Part shown: positions 36,408 through 46,052 of the stretch, one piece after another | Position numbering within the stretch: position 1 is the stretch's first letter | How the letters are laid out: every line of letters begins with the position of its first letter | Assembly (NCBI GenBank): GCA_030041155.1 | Contig: JASHOJ010000187.1 | Coordinates: 1,446 to 65,445 of the forward strand | Direction: 5' to 3' | Source of the DNA: Candidatus Binataceae bacterium | Lineage (GTDB): Bacteria; Desulfobacterota; Binatia; Binatales; Binataceae | Length of the DNA stretch: 64,000 nucleotides | Notes under the pieces: model-generated | What the model saw: only the letters and a program-made list of their open reading frames with translations | Told to the model about the DNA's origin: nothing | Databases searched by the model: none | Position numbers and translations under genes: made by a program

Positions 36408-38260
36408 TTTTCGGCCTCGACTTTGGAACCACGAATTCGCTGGTGGCTCTGGTACAGGGTGACCGCGTAATCCATTTTCTGGACGGCAACGAGCCACATC
36501 CATCCGTAGTGTGGTACCGAAGCGGTGACGCTACTGTCGTTGGCCGGATCGCAAAAGAAAACCTGGGGTCGCGCCAGAGTGGCGTCATCGGTGACTTTGT
36601 GCGGTCGCCGAAATTCAATCTGGGAAAGGGCCATCCGGTGTATGTAGCTGGCCGGAACTTAGCGGCCAGCGATGTTGTGTCAGAAATTTTAGCGTTTCTA
36701 CGCAATGACGTAATGCGAGAAGAGCGCGGCCTGAAGGATATCAGTTTCGAGCGCGCCGTGGTCACAATTCCAGTCACCATGCATGGTCCGGCTCGGCAAG
36801 AATTACGCGAAGCCGCGCACAAGGCCGGACTTCGAATCCACCAGTTCGTTCACGAACCGCTCGCCGCTCTTTATGGCCATCTCCGCGCGCATCCTGATTT
36901 CAGACGCCGAATCGCCGAGCTCGAGAACAAAGTTGCTCTGGTTTTCGATTGGGGCGGTGGCACTTTGGATCTGACGCTCTGCAAGTTCATGCGCGGCAGT
37001 TTGGTACAGATCGCGAATCGTGGTGATACCGACGTAGGAGGCGACCGGTTCGACGAGGCAATCGCCGATTGGGTGCGTGAACGCCACAGAAGGCAACACT
37101 CCTTGCAGTCTGGCCGAGAGGACACCGAACTCGCCAAGGCCCGATTGATCGAGCAGTGTGAGCTCGCAAAAAAACAGCTTTCAATTCAAAACAGTACATT
37201 CATCTTTGTCAGAGACTTCATTCAGCGGTCTAGTCCAGAACACACACTCCAGGTAGCCATAACGGCCGACGACCTGAGCACTATTAGCGATCGCCTCGTC
37301 ACTCAGGGTCTCGAAAATATCGACAAGCTTCTGTCTTCGGCCGGCTATGATCAAAGGTCAATTGCATTTTGTCTGGCGACCGGAGGAATGTGCCGCGTTC
37401 CCTTTATTCAGCGGCGTCTTCAAGAAAAATTTGGCTTCGACCGTGTTGAAGCTCCGGAACATGCCGAATGGCTTATCGCCGACGGCGCAGCCTGGATCGC
37501 TCATGATGGCCTTCCCCTGGAACTGGCCAAGCCTTTCGAGCTTTATCACGCGGACAACACATACGTGCCGATACTGCACGACAAGCGAAGACTCCCAATC
37601 GAGAACGTCCAAGAATCGCCGGTATCGCTCCAGGTCTATTGCGTCGACCCGAGAGACGGTCTCGCTAAGCTCCAATTTGCGCGCCCAACCTGGCCGGGTC
37701 GCACGTCGCCTTCTGATCCGCGCCAGATCTATACGACCCAGACTCTCAAGGTCGACCCCAATGCTCCGCCATTTGTCGAACGAATCATGCTCGACATCAC
37801 GATCGATCACAACCTGGTTGTCAGCGTTCGCGCCAGATCTGGTGAGGACGACAAACTTACTGAGGTGCATGACCTGGAATTCGGCTTGCATCTCGGCCCA
37901 GCGTCAAACGCGGGGTCGTCCGATCGGGCCGGAGGAGGTTCGTCCAGTAACGACCCGCTACCCACTGCAAGCAATCAGACCATAGGGGCGGTCCGGATTC
38001 GATCCAACGTCCTTCTTCAGAGTCATGAAATAAATGGCGGTTATCGCTGGGACTTGGTTCCAGGTGACATTGTCGAGCAATACTCTCCTCGCTACTGGCC
38101 AATCGTCCTTAACGCGCGCCAAATAGGCGAGAAAATGTATTACGTCCCGTGTGCATTGTGTCACCAAGGAATCTACGAAATTATGCTTCGAGGATGCAGC
38201 GAACCACGATGTCCGGAGAGCCGCAGATCCCATCCCACGACCCAGTCGGCGCGGCACTAA
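36404..38260 (+). CDS. Hsp70/DnaK-like actin-fold ATPase (non-canonical, 618 aa)
   Basis: 'MIFGLDFGTTNSLVAL' phosphate-1 motif, 'LVFDWGGGTLDLTL' (DLGGGTFD-like), 'FCLATGGMCRVPFIQ' adenosine motif. The C-terminal 230 aa are unlike a DnaK substrate-binding domain. ATGA overlap with the upstream gene. Confidence 0.75.
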   Translation: MIFGLDFGTTNSLVALVQGDRVIHFLDGNEPHPSVVWYRSGDATVVGRIAKENLGSRQSGVIGDFVRSPKFNLGKGHPVYVAGRNLAASDVVSEILAFLRNDVMREERGLKDISFERAVVTIPVTMHGPARQELREAAHKAGLRIHQFVHEPLAALYGHLRAHPDFRRRIAELENKVALVFDWGGGTLDLTLCKFMRGSLVQIANRGDTDVGGDRFDEAIADWVRERHRRQHSLQSGREDTELAKARLIEQCELAKKQLSIQNSTFIFVRDFIQRSSPEHTLQVAITADDLSTISDRLVTQGLENIDKLLSSAGYDQRSIAFCLATGGMCRVPFIQRRLQEKFGFDRVEAPEHAEWLIADGAAWIAHDGLPLELAKPFELYHADNTYVPILHDKRRLPIENVQESPVSLQVYCVDPRDGLAKLQFARPTWPGRTSPSDPRQIYTTQTLKVDPNAPPFVERIMLDITIDHNLVVSVRARSGEDDKLTEVHDLEFGLHLGPASNAGSSDRAGGGSSSNDPLPTASNQTIGAVRIRSNVLLQSHEINGGYRWDLVPGDIVEQYSPRYWPIVLNARQIGEKMYYVPCALCHQGIYEIMLRGCSEPRCPESRRSHPTTQSARH

Positions 38261-38303
38261 ACCTTTGATCGCAATAATAGTGACTGCCCTTGAGTCATAG
38301 GCA

Positions 38304-39119
38304 ATGCCAGCTACAACACCGAATATCCGTCGGGAGCTTGCTCGTCGCTACCGTGACTGTCCAATCGATTGTCCGATGTTTCAAGACGAGCTGATTTCCA
38401 CGCTGAGCGATTTCTTCGGTGTGTTTCACTCTTTGTTGGAGCCAGACAAAGTGTTTTGGTTTCGAGGCCATCCACGACTGACGCATTCACTCGCCCCTTC
38501 AGCGCTTCGATACACCGAGCAAGAGAAGAGGGATACGGCGCTCCGTCTCGTAGCTGATATGAAGCGCTTCCTGGACATGAAGTTAGGCCGCCCGCCGGCT
38601 CCCGACGATGACCTCGGGTGGATTCAGGTTGCGCAGCATTATGGACTACCCACACGACTGTTAGACTGGACTCAGAATGCAGCGGTGGCACTCTTTTTCT
38701 CGTGCAGCAAAGACATCGATTCGGATGGCTTGGTCGTAATCCTTAATCCTATCGAACTCAATCAAAGTGCCGATCCTCGCTCGCCACGCGTGTTCAATAT
38801 GGAACGAGATGCCAGAATCATCAGACCATACTTGAAGCTCGACGGCAGAATACGACCTTCGGGCAAGCGCACAATCGCAATCAACCCAACCTGGAACACC
38901 GAAAGAATCGCTCTACAGCAAGGTGTCTTTACTCTCCACGGTTCGCGAACCTTTGCGTTGGATCGCGGTCAGGCAAGCTCCCTCCTATACGTACCTATAT
39001 TGCGCGAGCACAAAAGCGCTCTATTAAACGAGTTGGAGCGTGTTGGTATCGGTGAGATGTTCATTTTTCCGGAACCGGAACATGTGTGCTCTCACCTCCG
39101 GCGAGGTGCCGGATTGTAA
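38304..39119 (+). CDS. FRG-domain protein
   Basis: 'KVFWFRGHPRLTHSLAPSALR' is the FRG signature. 271 aa. Confidence 0.6.
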   Translation: MPATTPNIRRELARRYRDCPIDCPMFQDELISTLSDFFGVFHSLLEPDKVFWFRGHPRLTHSLAPSALRYTEQEKRDTALRLVADMKRFLDMKLGRPPAPDDDLGWIQVAQHYGLPTRLLDWTQNAAVALFFSCSKDIDSDGLVVILNPIELNQSADPRSPRVFNMERDARIIRPYLKLDGRIRPSGKRTIAINPTWNTERIALQQGVFTLHGSRTFALDRGQASSLLYVPILREHKSALLNELERVGIGEMFIFPEPEHVCSHLRRGAGL

Positions 39120-39127
39120 GGACAGTA

Positions 39128-40297
39128 ATGGCGGAGCAAATTCCATTTATAACGAGCGACGACACGGCGAGAATCACGCGAAGATTTTATGCGGACTCGG
39201 AAATAGTGCGGATCCCAATAGACCGAGCCACAAGCCTGCTTCCACTTTTGCGCCCGGCCTTCAGAATATGGCTGGACCCTTGCGTCGATGGTATGGACGA
39301 TATTGACTCACGTCGCGACCGACCATGGTTCGCTTTCATGAAGCGCTTTCCAAGATTCGAGGATGTCGGGAAGCCGCCATTCCAAGCAAAACCCGTCGCG
39401 TCAGAAGTGGAGGCTTTCGTTGACGCCATTTTAGACAACTGCGCGTCACAGAAGCCGGCATGGATCACTGTTCCGCAGATGCCGTTAATAACGAATTCTG
39501 ATCGCAACAAAATCAATCGAGCGCTGGCCGCCGCCACCGGCAAGTGGAAAAGCCGTAAGGGATTTGCCGGGAAGCTTATTTTGCCTGTGATATTTACGCA
39601 TCAGGAACAAGTGAACGGTAAGACCGCAAGGAACCCCAAAATACAGCAGGCTGAGAAGTGTTACCACGATGCTCAGGCAGACGGACTTTGGGTCGTCGAA
39701 AGGAGCTTGGTCGACGACAGCGGGTCAGCGACTCTCAGAAACAGACGTCTGCCGGGAATTGTTGCCTTGCATCAGGAACTCAATGAACGAATCGCATCCA
39801 GAATCCGTATAGCGGGACCGTACTGGGGCCTAAATCTAGTACTGTGGTCGAAAGGTCTAGTGGAATACCCTGCGATTGGAGTTGGTTCTGGATACCAATA
39901 TTTTCTAGCAGGTGGCCACATAACGCAGGCGAGCGTGAAAATCGTAATGCCCTCACTCAGACGCCGGGTTGGTGTTAGTGTTCAACTCAGAGGCTGGCTC
40001 GATGCGGCACTTGCCAAACTAGCCACGATGCATCCGGCATTTGCAGAGCTCAACGATATTAAGAAGCAGTACAGCAGCCTGAGTTCGCCCGATGCCTCGC
40101 GTGAGCAAGTTGCTGCGTTTTACAAAAATTGGCTTGACCTTATTGCCAATGCGCCCAGATCTGGGCGGTCGATGGCTCTGTTTCAAGATTTGTCCGCTGC
40201 ATATGCACTAGGCAAGTCGCTTCCCGACCTACCGAATGAGGGGACAGCACGGCGTCCCGAAGCCGTGGCCGAGCCACTGATGCTTAGTTGCCTTTGA
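39128..40297 (+). CDS. Hypothetical protein, partner of FRG-domain gene
   Basis: Starts 9 nt after the FRG stop, behind an AAGGACAG RBS. 389 aa, no family recognised. An upstream in-frame ATG exists at 39086. Confidence 0.45.
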   Translation: MAEQIPFITSDDTARITRRFYADSEIVRIPIDRATSLLPLLRPAFRIWLDPCVDGMDDIDSRRDRPWFAFMKRFPRFEDVGKPPFQAKPVASEVEAFVDAILDNCASQKPAWITVPQMPLITNSDRNKINRALAAATGKWKSRKGFAGKLILPVIFTHQEQVNGKTARNPKIQQAEKCYHDAQADGLWVVERSLVDDSGSATLRNRRLPGIVALHQELNERIASRIRIAGPYWGLNLVLWSKGLVEYPAIGVGSGYQYFLAGGHITQASVKIVMPSLRRRVGVSVQLRGWLDAALAKLATMHPAFAELNDIKKQYSSLSSPDASREQVAAFYKNWLDLIANAPRSGRSMALFQDLSAAYALGKSLPDLPNEGTARRPEAVAEPLMLSCL

Positions 40298-40985
40298 CCT
40301 GGCTTCTCCAGAACTTTTCCACACAATACAGCTGAGCAGCCTTATCCCTCCATTGCTCGGTTTTCTTGGGTGCGATCATGACTTGACATCGGCTATGCGT
40401 CACGCTGAGCAAGCCCACGCCAGCCGAGAAGAACGTTGACCAACGCGATGGTGTAGACTCGACACGTTTGGCATTATCGGCCGGCAACGCAACATATGAT
40501 TCGTCGGCAAACGCTAGATTGTTCAGCGCTTGCCGCATGGCCTCCTCCACTCTAGAGAGCTTTAATTCCACAGCGATCAGGCGGTCCTGAAGTGGCATCC
40601 AGCCGTTGATCTTCTGCAGCCTGGTCTTTGAGGAAAGGATCACGAACCGATCAGCGATGAGTCTTTCGGTCTCCTTTCGAACGGCTTCCTCAGGTACCCA
40701 GCCTGTCCAACGCCGCAATAACTTCTCGAACGTAAGGGATCTCCCAGTTTCCACGTCCGGAATCTGAAGGAGAATCATTGCGCGGGTGATTGATGTAACC
40801 GGACGTGTCTGCTTGAGCTGAATGCGCCGGGCGACATTTTGCGAATTGAAGCGCAGACCGACGAGATCGCACGCGCCCCACGGCGTGACGAATTCCGCCT
40901 TGGCCGTCAAGCCTTCGGCTCTCATCCACCGCGCCACGGTCGGCGTCATATCACATTCCTTCAGAAACATCGTCCCTCTCAGCAT
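40284..40985 (-). CDS. Hypothetical protein, possible PD-(D/E)xK (Hjc/NucS-like) nuclease fold
   Basis: 'VTPWGACDLVGLRF...RRIQLKQT' and 'RLIAVELKLS' resemble D...(E/Q)xK nuclease cores. Convergent with the upstream plus-strand genes. Weak assignment. Confidence 0.3.
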   Translation of the reverse strand: MLRGTMFLKECDMTPTVARWMRAEGLTAKAEFVTPWGACDLVGLRFNSQNVARRIQLKQTRPVTSITRAMILLQIPDVETGRSLTFEKLLRRWTGWVPEEAVRKETERLIADRFVILSSKTRLQKINGWMPLQDRLIAVELKLSRVEEAMRQALNNLAFADESYVALPADNAKRVESTPSRWSTFFSAGVGLLSVTHSRCQVMIAPKKTEQWRDKAAQLYCVEKFWRSQVKGN

Positions 40986-41511
40986 CTACTCGCGCTTGCT
41001 CTCGCCGCTCCGTTCAAGCGAGGCGATGCTACGCGAAGCGCGTGTTGAACTCCAGACACGGCCAGTTCCTGCGTTCAACGTCTCAGTTTTTCGGCGGGAA
41101 GTGAGCGCTCCGCCGGTCACTATGGCGGGCTCGCTCGCGGGCTGATTCGGTCTCGGCTGTTCGCCAGGGTCCTCGCGGGTCGCTCCGAGTAGAACCAGAT
41201 CCGTCGGACTCCTCGAACCGTCAAACCGCGGTCTATCCAGCCCGTCCAACGTGGCCGCTAAACACGATCGCTTAGCCCTCGACAACATTCTATCACGCCT
41301 TTTGGCTGGACGGCATCCCTGGATCAGAACGCGAGGCGAACGCCCGAGTTAAGCTCCGGCTTTCGTTGCCCAAAAGAGGTCAGTATCCGAGCGCCTTTGC
41401 GTTGGCGGCACCTGCGATGTCCCGGGAAACCGAAGCCGCCGTGGCGTTGATCCGGTCGAGGGCGACGAGTGCGTTGCCACCCGGTTTCAAGGAGGATGTC
41501 ACGAGCGGGGT

Positions 41512-41540
41512 TTGACGAAGTGGTAAGGCCACCCTAAACT
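41512..41540 (+). promoter_or_regulatory. Putative promoter of second MTase operon
   Basis: TTGACG (41512-41517), a 17-nt spacer, then TAAACT (41535-41540), 35 nt upstream of the TTG start at 41575. Confidence 0.3.
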
Positions 41541-41574
41541 GGGGTTAGCCCCAACCTGTATGGGGTAAATCAAC

Positions 41575-42042
41575 TTGAATTATACGCTTCAGCAGCTTCG
41601 GGACATTGTCGGTATTTCGGTGGAAACGTTCCGACATTGGCAGCGGGTAATCCCCGCTTTCTCTGCTCGAAAAGGACGTCGGGCGCGTTTTTCAACGGGC
41701 GATCTTATCGCCGCCGCGATAATTCGAGTCCTCACCGACGACTGCGGAATAAAAATTGGCCGACTGAAGGCAGCGAATCAGATCGTCTCGCTGTGCAATG
41801 ATAAATCATGGGCTCTTGATCGCAAGACCCTGGTGGTGAACCCAGCCGAAGGTAGTTGCCAGGTCGTTGGAGATCGGGGCGCTGGGGGCGACGGCTTCGT
41901 TGTCCTCTGCCCTCTCAAACCCATAATGAGCGAGCTGCGAGGCAAACTGTTGGACTCCGAAACGACCCGGGCACAGCGAGCCCTCGCCTTTCCAGTGATC
42001 GAGGTGAAGAGGAAAAACCAGACCTGGAGACGCGGACCATGA
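41575..42042 (+). CDS. MerR/AlpA-like HTH protein (putative regulator)
   Basis: TTG start. 'YTLQQLRDIVGISVETFRHWQR' resembles MerR-superfamily HTHs. ATGA overlap with the downstream MTase. Confidence 0.45.
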   Translation: MNYTLQQLRDIVGISVETFRHWQRVIPAFSARKGRRARFSTGDLIAAAIIRVLTDDCGIKIGRLKAANQIVSLCNDKSWALDRKTLVVNPAEGSCQVVGDRGAGGDGFVVLCPLKPIMSELRGKLLDSETTRAQRALAFPVIEVKRKNQTWRRGP

Positions 42043-45000
42043 ATGGCAGGCATCTCCTGTCCGACGAGTGGAAGGTGCGGCTGGGTCTTTTGAGTCGCTC
42101 CGCCGCTGAATTCTACGAGGAGAACGAATCCGTCGGCGACGTACCATATGCGGGAGCTATCCGTACCGCACTCCGGGAGTTGAACCTCTCGGGATTGTTC
42201 TGCGTGCAGGGCGTTCCGACGATCGTCTTCCTTTCCTTGGATGAATACGACCCGGAGAAGCTCATTGCCGTACATGCCGCTCTCTGGAACCAAGGGCTTG
42301 CGAGCTTGCTTATGGTCGCAAGCGGCGACACACTGCGAGCCTTTTCGTTGGCGAAGAAGCCACTCAGAGAAACTGGTGACGAGTTCGAAAAGCGCTGTCT
42401 GGTGGAAACGCTGGAGGCAGTCGTTGATGTTCTCAGGATACAGAGCGTCTTGTCCGCAGCTGAGTCCGGCAGGCTGTGGCAAGACGAGCCGGAATATTTT
42501 CAGCCGAAGGAACGGGTCGACCAAGTCTTGCTCGACAACCTGACAGAATCCCACCGTCAGCTGTGTGACTTGAGTCTGCCATCTCAAGCCGCTCAAGCTC
42601 TCCTCATACAGGCGATGTTTATCGCCTACTTGGAAGATCGCGGCATAACGTCCCGAGAGTATTTTGCTAGGGGCACTGGCGGTATGGCAGACACCTTCCT
42701 TGAGCTGCTTCGGACCGGGAAGGTTAGCTCACTCAGCTCGCTCTTCGGAAAACTTCGAGAAGACTTCAATGGCGACCTGTTCGTGGCGCCCTGTTCTTTC
42801 GATAGCGGCGCCAAGGCTCCGGCATTGAACAGCGCACATCTTGATGTACTTTCACGGTTCCGCAGCGGTGAGGAGGAAATGGTCGGTGGCCAGCGCAGAT
42901 TTTGGGGATACGACTTCAAATACATCCCGATAGAACTCATCAGTGCTGTCTACGATCGCTTTCTTGAGGAGGAAAAGCAGGAGCGCCGCGAGCAGGGAGC
43001 CTACTACACTCCGATGTTCCTCGCGGATGCAATTGTTTCCCAGGTCTGGGAACTTCTGCCCACAGAATTGAAGGTTAAGTGCACAGTCCTCGATCCCGCA
43101 TGCGGTTCTGGGGTCTTCCTTGTACGGTTTTTTCAAAGATCCTGCGAGTTTTGGCGTTCGACTCACCAAACGAAAACCATCCGGTGGGACGTCCTGCGCT
43201 CAATCTTAGATCGAATCAATGGTTGGGACGTGAACGAGAACGCGGTGCGGGTCGCAGTCTTCTCTCTATATGTGGCGCTAATGGAGGAGGTATCTCCGCC
43301 AGATCTTCAGCTGCTCCTGAAACGAGGAAGAATCCTGCCGGGGCTATGGACTCGAACCATGGTGTGCCAGGACTTCTTCTCAGTACGTGAAGATCGCACG
43401 AATAATTTCGACGTTATTGTTGGCAATCCTCCGTGGAGCAGCCGTCAAGGCTCGGAACGCAGCCACGTGAAGTGGTCCGAAGCGGCGCAGCTCCCGCTAC
43501 CCGCCAAGGAAGCGGCGTGGGCTTTTGCATGGAAAAGCCTTCGTCACATATCACAGGCCGGTATTGTCGGTTTGCTACTTCCCGCCATGGGATTCCTCCA
43601 CAACCAAGCGGAGGACGCGATCGAAGCGCGCAATCAATTCCTAGTAGATGCGCGGATCCGGCGAATCGTCAACTTTGCTGACCTGCGTTTTTTGCTTTTC
43701 GACAAAGCGCAACGAGCAGCCGCGCTCTTAGTCTTCGCGCAAAACTCTGAGTCGAAGCCTGTGTATCGTATTGAATACTGGGTGCCTAAGGCGCGCCCGG
43801 GTCTGTTTATAAAGCGTGTTATTCTGGTAAGTACCGCCGACAAGGCGTCGTTTACCTCCGAGGAAGCCGTTGCTGATCCACTGCTGTTTACAAGGAGAAT
43901 GTGGATGCACGATTCGGAGGCGAAGCTTTTCAACTATTTGAGGCACCTGACACCGCTGAGCCGCTTGGTGAAGGAACATCGCGAGGCACGAACGGAAGAA
44001 CCGTCCACCGGCCTATGGATAATCGGCCAAGGGTTTCAGCCTTTCAACGAGCCCACGAAAAGCGCTCCCAAAGCCAAGGAGAGCGACTATGTAGGCAAGG
44101 TCCCCGATCTGCCGGTAAAACGAATGACCCGGCTCGCGCAGTCAGCAACGGGATTGGCTCCGTGGAGAGATAATTTAGTTCGTAGAAAAGGCTACGAGCG
44201 GGGATTCCACGGGCCCCGTGTGTTGGTCTCTCGCGCAGTTGAAGTCTCGGACAGCAGATTGCGAGCTTCGTATGTAGAGGCGCCGCTGACCTTCCAGGAT
44301 ATCATTCAGGCAATCGCCGTTCCGATAGATGATGTCCCTCGCGCCAAGGTTCTCGCGGCTTTCCTGAATAGTCGGCTTGCAACCTGGTTTGCGTTTCACG
44401 GAACTTCGTCGTTCTCTTCCGATCGTCAGGAAGTCAAGGAAAATCAACTACTGACTTTGCCGTTCCCAGCTGCAGATGAAGTAGAGAAGCCCCAACGGGC
44501 TAGAGCCGCGGCTCAAGGGTTAATCAGTCTCGTCGATGCTTATTTCGGAGACGGGAACACCAGTTTCCGACTCGTCGGTGAGGACAACCCGATTCCTACC
44601 GAATTGGACGACCTTACGTACGACTACTTCGGTCTATCCAAAATCGAGCGAACTCTCGTTGACGACGTTGTTGCGAACATAATCCCGGGGATCCAACCTA
44701 CCCGGACTCGATACCCGGACCTATGGAGGCCCGCTGACGTCTCGGACCGACACCAGTACGCGAGTCTCCTTCTGAGCTTACTCAGAGAGTGGTTCGATCA
44801 AACCTGCGTTGTCGGCGCAAAGTTAGTGGCCAGAAATTCAGACTTGGCAATTTTGAAGCTGTCGCTCGAAAGCAGGAATGGAACTCCAGAGTACACCGAA
44901 GAGGCTGGCGACTCGTTCACCGATGTGCTCACGCGGCTTTCGCGAGAGGTAAACCAGCCGTTGGATCGCAATTTTCAGGTAGTTCCGAATTTCCGGATTT

Positions 45001-45128
45001 TCATCGGCAGAGACCTCTATCTTATCAAGCCGACGCAGAAGCGATATTGGCTAAAGTCCACCGCGATAGCTGACTCGGATTCGATCGCGATGGATCTGCA
45101 GACCGGCGCGGAATTACACCTCGAGTAA
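42039..45128 (+). CDS. N6-adenine DNA methyltransferase, gamma-class, PglX/Type IIG-like (second copy)
   Basis: 'GAYYTPMFLADAIVSQV' (motif X), 'LDPACGSGVFLVRF' (motif I), 'VIVGNPPWSS' (motif IV at 43425-43436). ~560 aa C-terminal putative TRD. Internal Met start at 42039; the track ORF starts at 41856. Confidence 0.8.
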   Translation: MNGRHLLSDEWKVRLGLLSRSAAEFYEENESVGDVPYAGAIRTALRELNLSGLFCVQGVPTIVFLSLDEYDPEKLIAVHAALWNQGLASLLMVASGDTLRAFSLAKKPLRETGDEFEKRCLVETLEAVVDVLRIQSVLSAAESGRLWQDEPEYFQPKERVDQVLLDNLTESHRQLCDLSLPSQAAQALLIQAMFIAYLEDRGITSREYFARGTGGMADTFLELLRTGKVSSLSSLFGKLREDFNGDLFVAPCSFDSGAKAPALNSAHLDVLSRFRSGEEEMVGGQRRFWGYDFKYIPIELISAVYDRFLEEEKQERREQGAYYTPMFLADAIVSQVWELLPTELKVKCTVLDPACGSGVFLVRFFQRSCEFWRSTHQTKTIRWDVLRSILDRINGWDVNENAVRVAVFSLYVALMEEVSPPDLQLLLKRGRILPGLWTRTMVCQDFFSVREDRTNNFDVIVGNPPWSSRQGSERSHVKWSEAAQLPLPAKEAAWAFAWKSLRHISQAGIVGLLLPAMGFLHNQAEDAIEARNQFLVDARIRRIVNFADLRFLLFDKAQRAAALLVFAQNSESKPVYRIEYWVPKARPGLFIKRVILVSTADKASFTSEEAVADPLLFTRRMWMHDSEAKLFNYLRHLTPLSRLVKEHREARTEEPSTGLWIIGQGFQPFNEPTKSAPKAKESDYVGKVPDLPVKRMTRLAQSATGLAPWRDNLVRRKGYERGFHGPRVLVSRAVEVSDSRLRASYVEAPLTFQDIIQAIAVPIDDVPRAKVLAAFLNSRLATWFAFHGTSSFSSDRQEVKENQLLTLPFPAADEVEKPQRARAAAQGLISLVDAYFGDGNTSFRLVGEDNPIPTELDDLTYDYFGLSKIERTLVDDVVANIIPGIQPTRTRYPDLWRPADVSDRHQYASLLLSLLREWFDQTCVVGAKLVARNSDLAILKLSLESRNGTPEYTEEAGDSFTDVLTRLSREVNQPLDRNFQVVPNFRIFIGRDLYLIKPTQKRYWLKSTAIADSDSIAMDLQTGAELHLE

Positions 45129-45138
45129 AGGTAAGACA

Positions 45139-45801
45139 ATGCCGGTGGGAGATGCCGAGGAGTGGCGGAAGCGATTCATAAGAATGGACGAGCGCCTACT
45201 CGCACGCATTTCCGAAATCTGGCCGTCGTGCCTGGCAACACTGCGCGGGCAACCTGAAGAGAACACGATAACGATGACCTTAGTGGACGTACTGTCCCGC
45301 GACATCGTCGCTCGTCGAATTGCCTACTTTGAGTACCAGTTTGAACCGTTCGGATACAGGCCGGACGGAGTCGTCTTCAGCAAAGGAAAGGTGGATTTGG
45401 CTGCGATTCTAGATCAGGACCGCAACAAATACTTGGCCTACGAGTGCAAGCGATTGAACGTCATCTATAGCGGCACCACGCGCTTGCTCGCGGCTGACTA
45501 CGTGAAAGATGGCACCATGCGATTTGTGACCGAGCAATACGCTGATGGGCTTCCGCTCGGTGGTATGCTGGGTTACGTTCTGAACGGCGACACGCAGTCT
45601 GCAATCGATGGCGTAAAAAAGGCAATCACCAAGAAGCGCGCGCGGCTCGGTCTTCGGTCCGGACCCCGGGAGATACCACCTATAGCCGGACTTAAAAGAT
45701 TCTCAACGGGACATGCTCGGCCCGCGGGCTCTACGATTGAACTCTTACACACTTTTCTGCCGTTTTCGGCATCGAAAGGCGAGCTAACAATCGGCTATTA
45801 A
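45139..45801 (+). CDS. Putative PD-(D/E)xK restriction-endonuclease-like protein
   Basis: 'YRPDGVVFSKGKVDLAAILDQDRNKYLAYECKRL' has a PD...D...ECK arrangement. Starts 11 nt after the MTase stop. Confidence 0.45.
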   Translation: MPVGDAEEWRKRFIRMDERLLARISEIWPSCLATLRGQPEENTITMTLVDVLSRDIVARRIAYFEYQFEPFGYRPDGVVFSKGKVDLAAILDQDRNKYLAYECKRLNVIYSGTTRLLAADYVKDGTMRFVTEQYADGLPLGGMLGYVLNGDTQSAIDGVKKAITKKRARLGLRSGPREIPPIAGLKRFSTGHARPAGSTIELLHTFLPFSASKGELTIGY

Positions 45802-46052
45802 CCGTCCAGTCGAATCCGGTTCGGCGCCAATAAGGCCTTGACATTGAACATCACCTTGGGGTTCACCCTGCCCTTCGGTTGACGACTATGTGGGATTTTT
45901 GTGGGGGCTCAAAAATTAAGCGATCTTACTTATGAATGCGCACAACTTGGGTGCACACCAACGCCAACACTATTCGGCCTATCTAAGACGTCGCTAAAGG
46001 GAGGCGCCGCCCCGGCCGCAGTCAGAGAGACCGGGTTTGTTGACATAGTCAC

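Noticed and set aside
36256-36822. 188-aa minus-strand ORF
   Set aside because: Antisense across the coiled-coil / Hsp70-like gene junction.
41778-42596. 272-aa minus-strand ORF
   Set aside because: Antisense to the second MTase gene.
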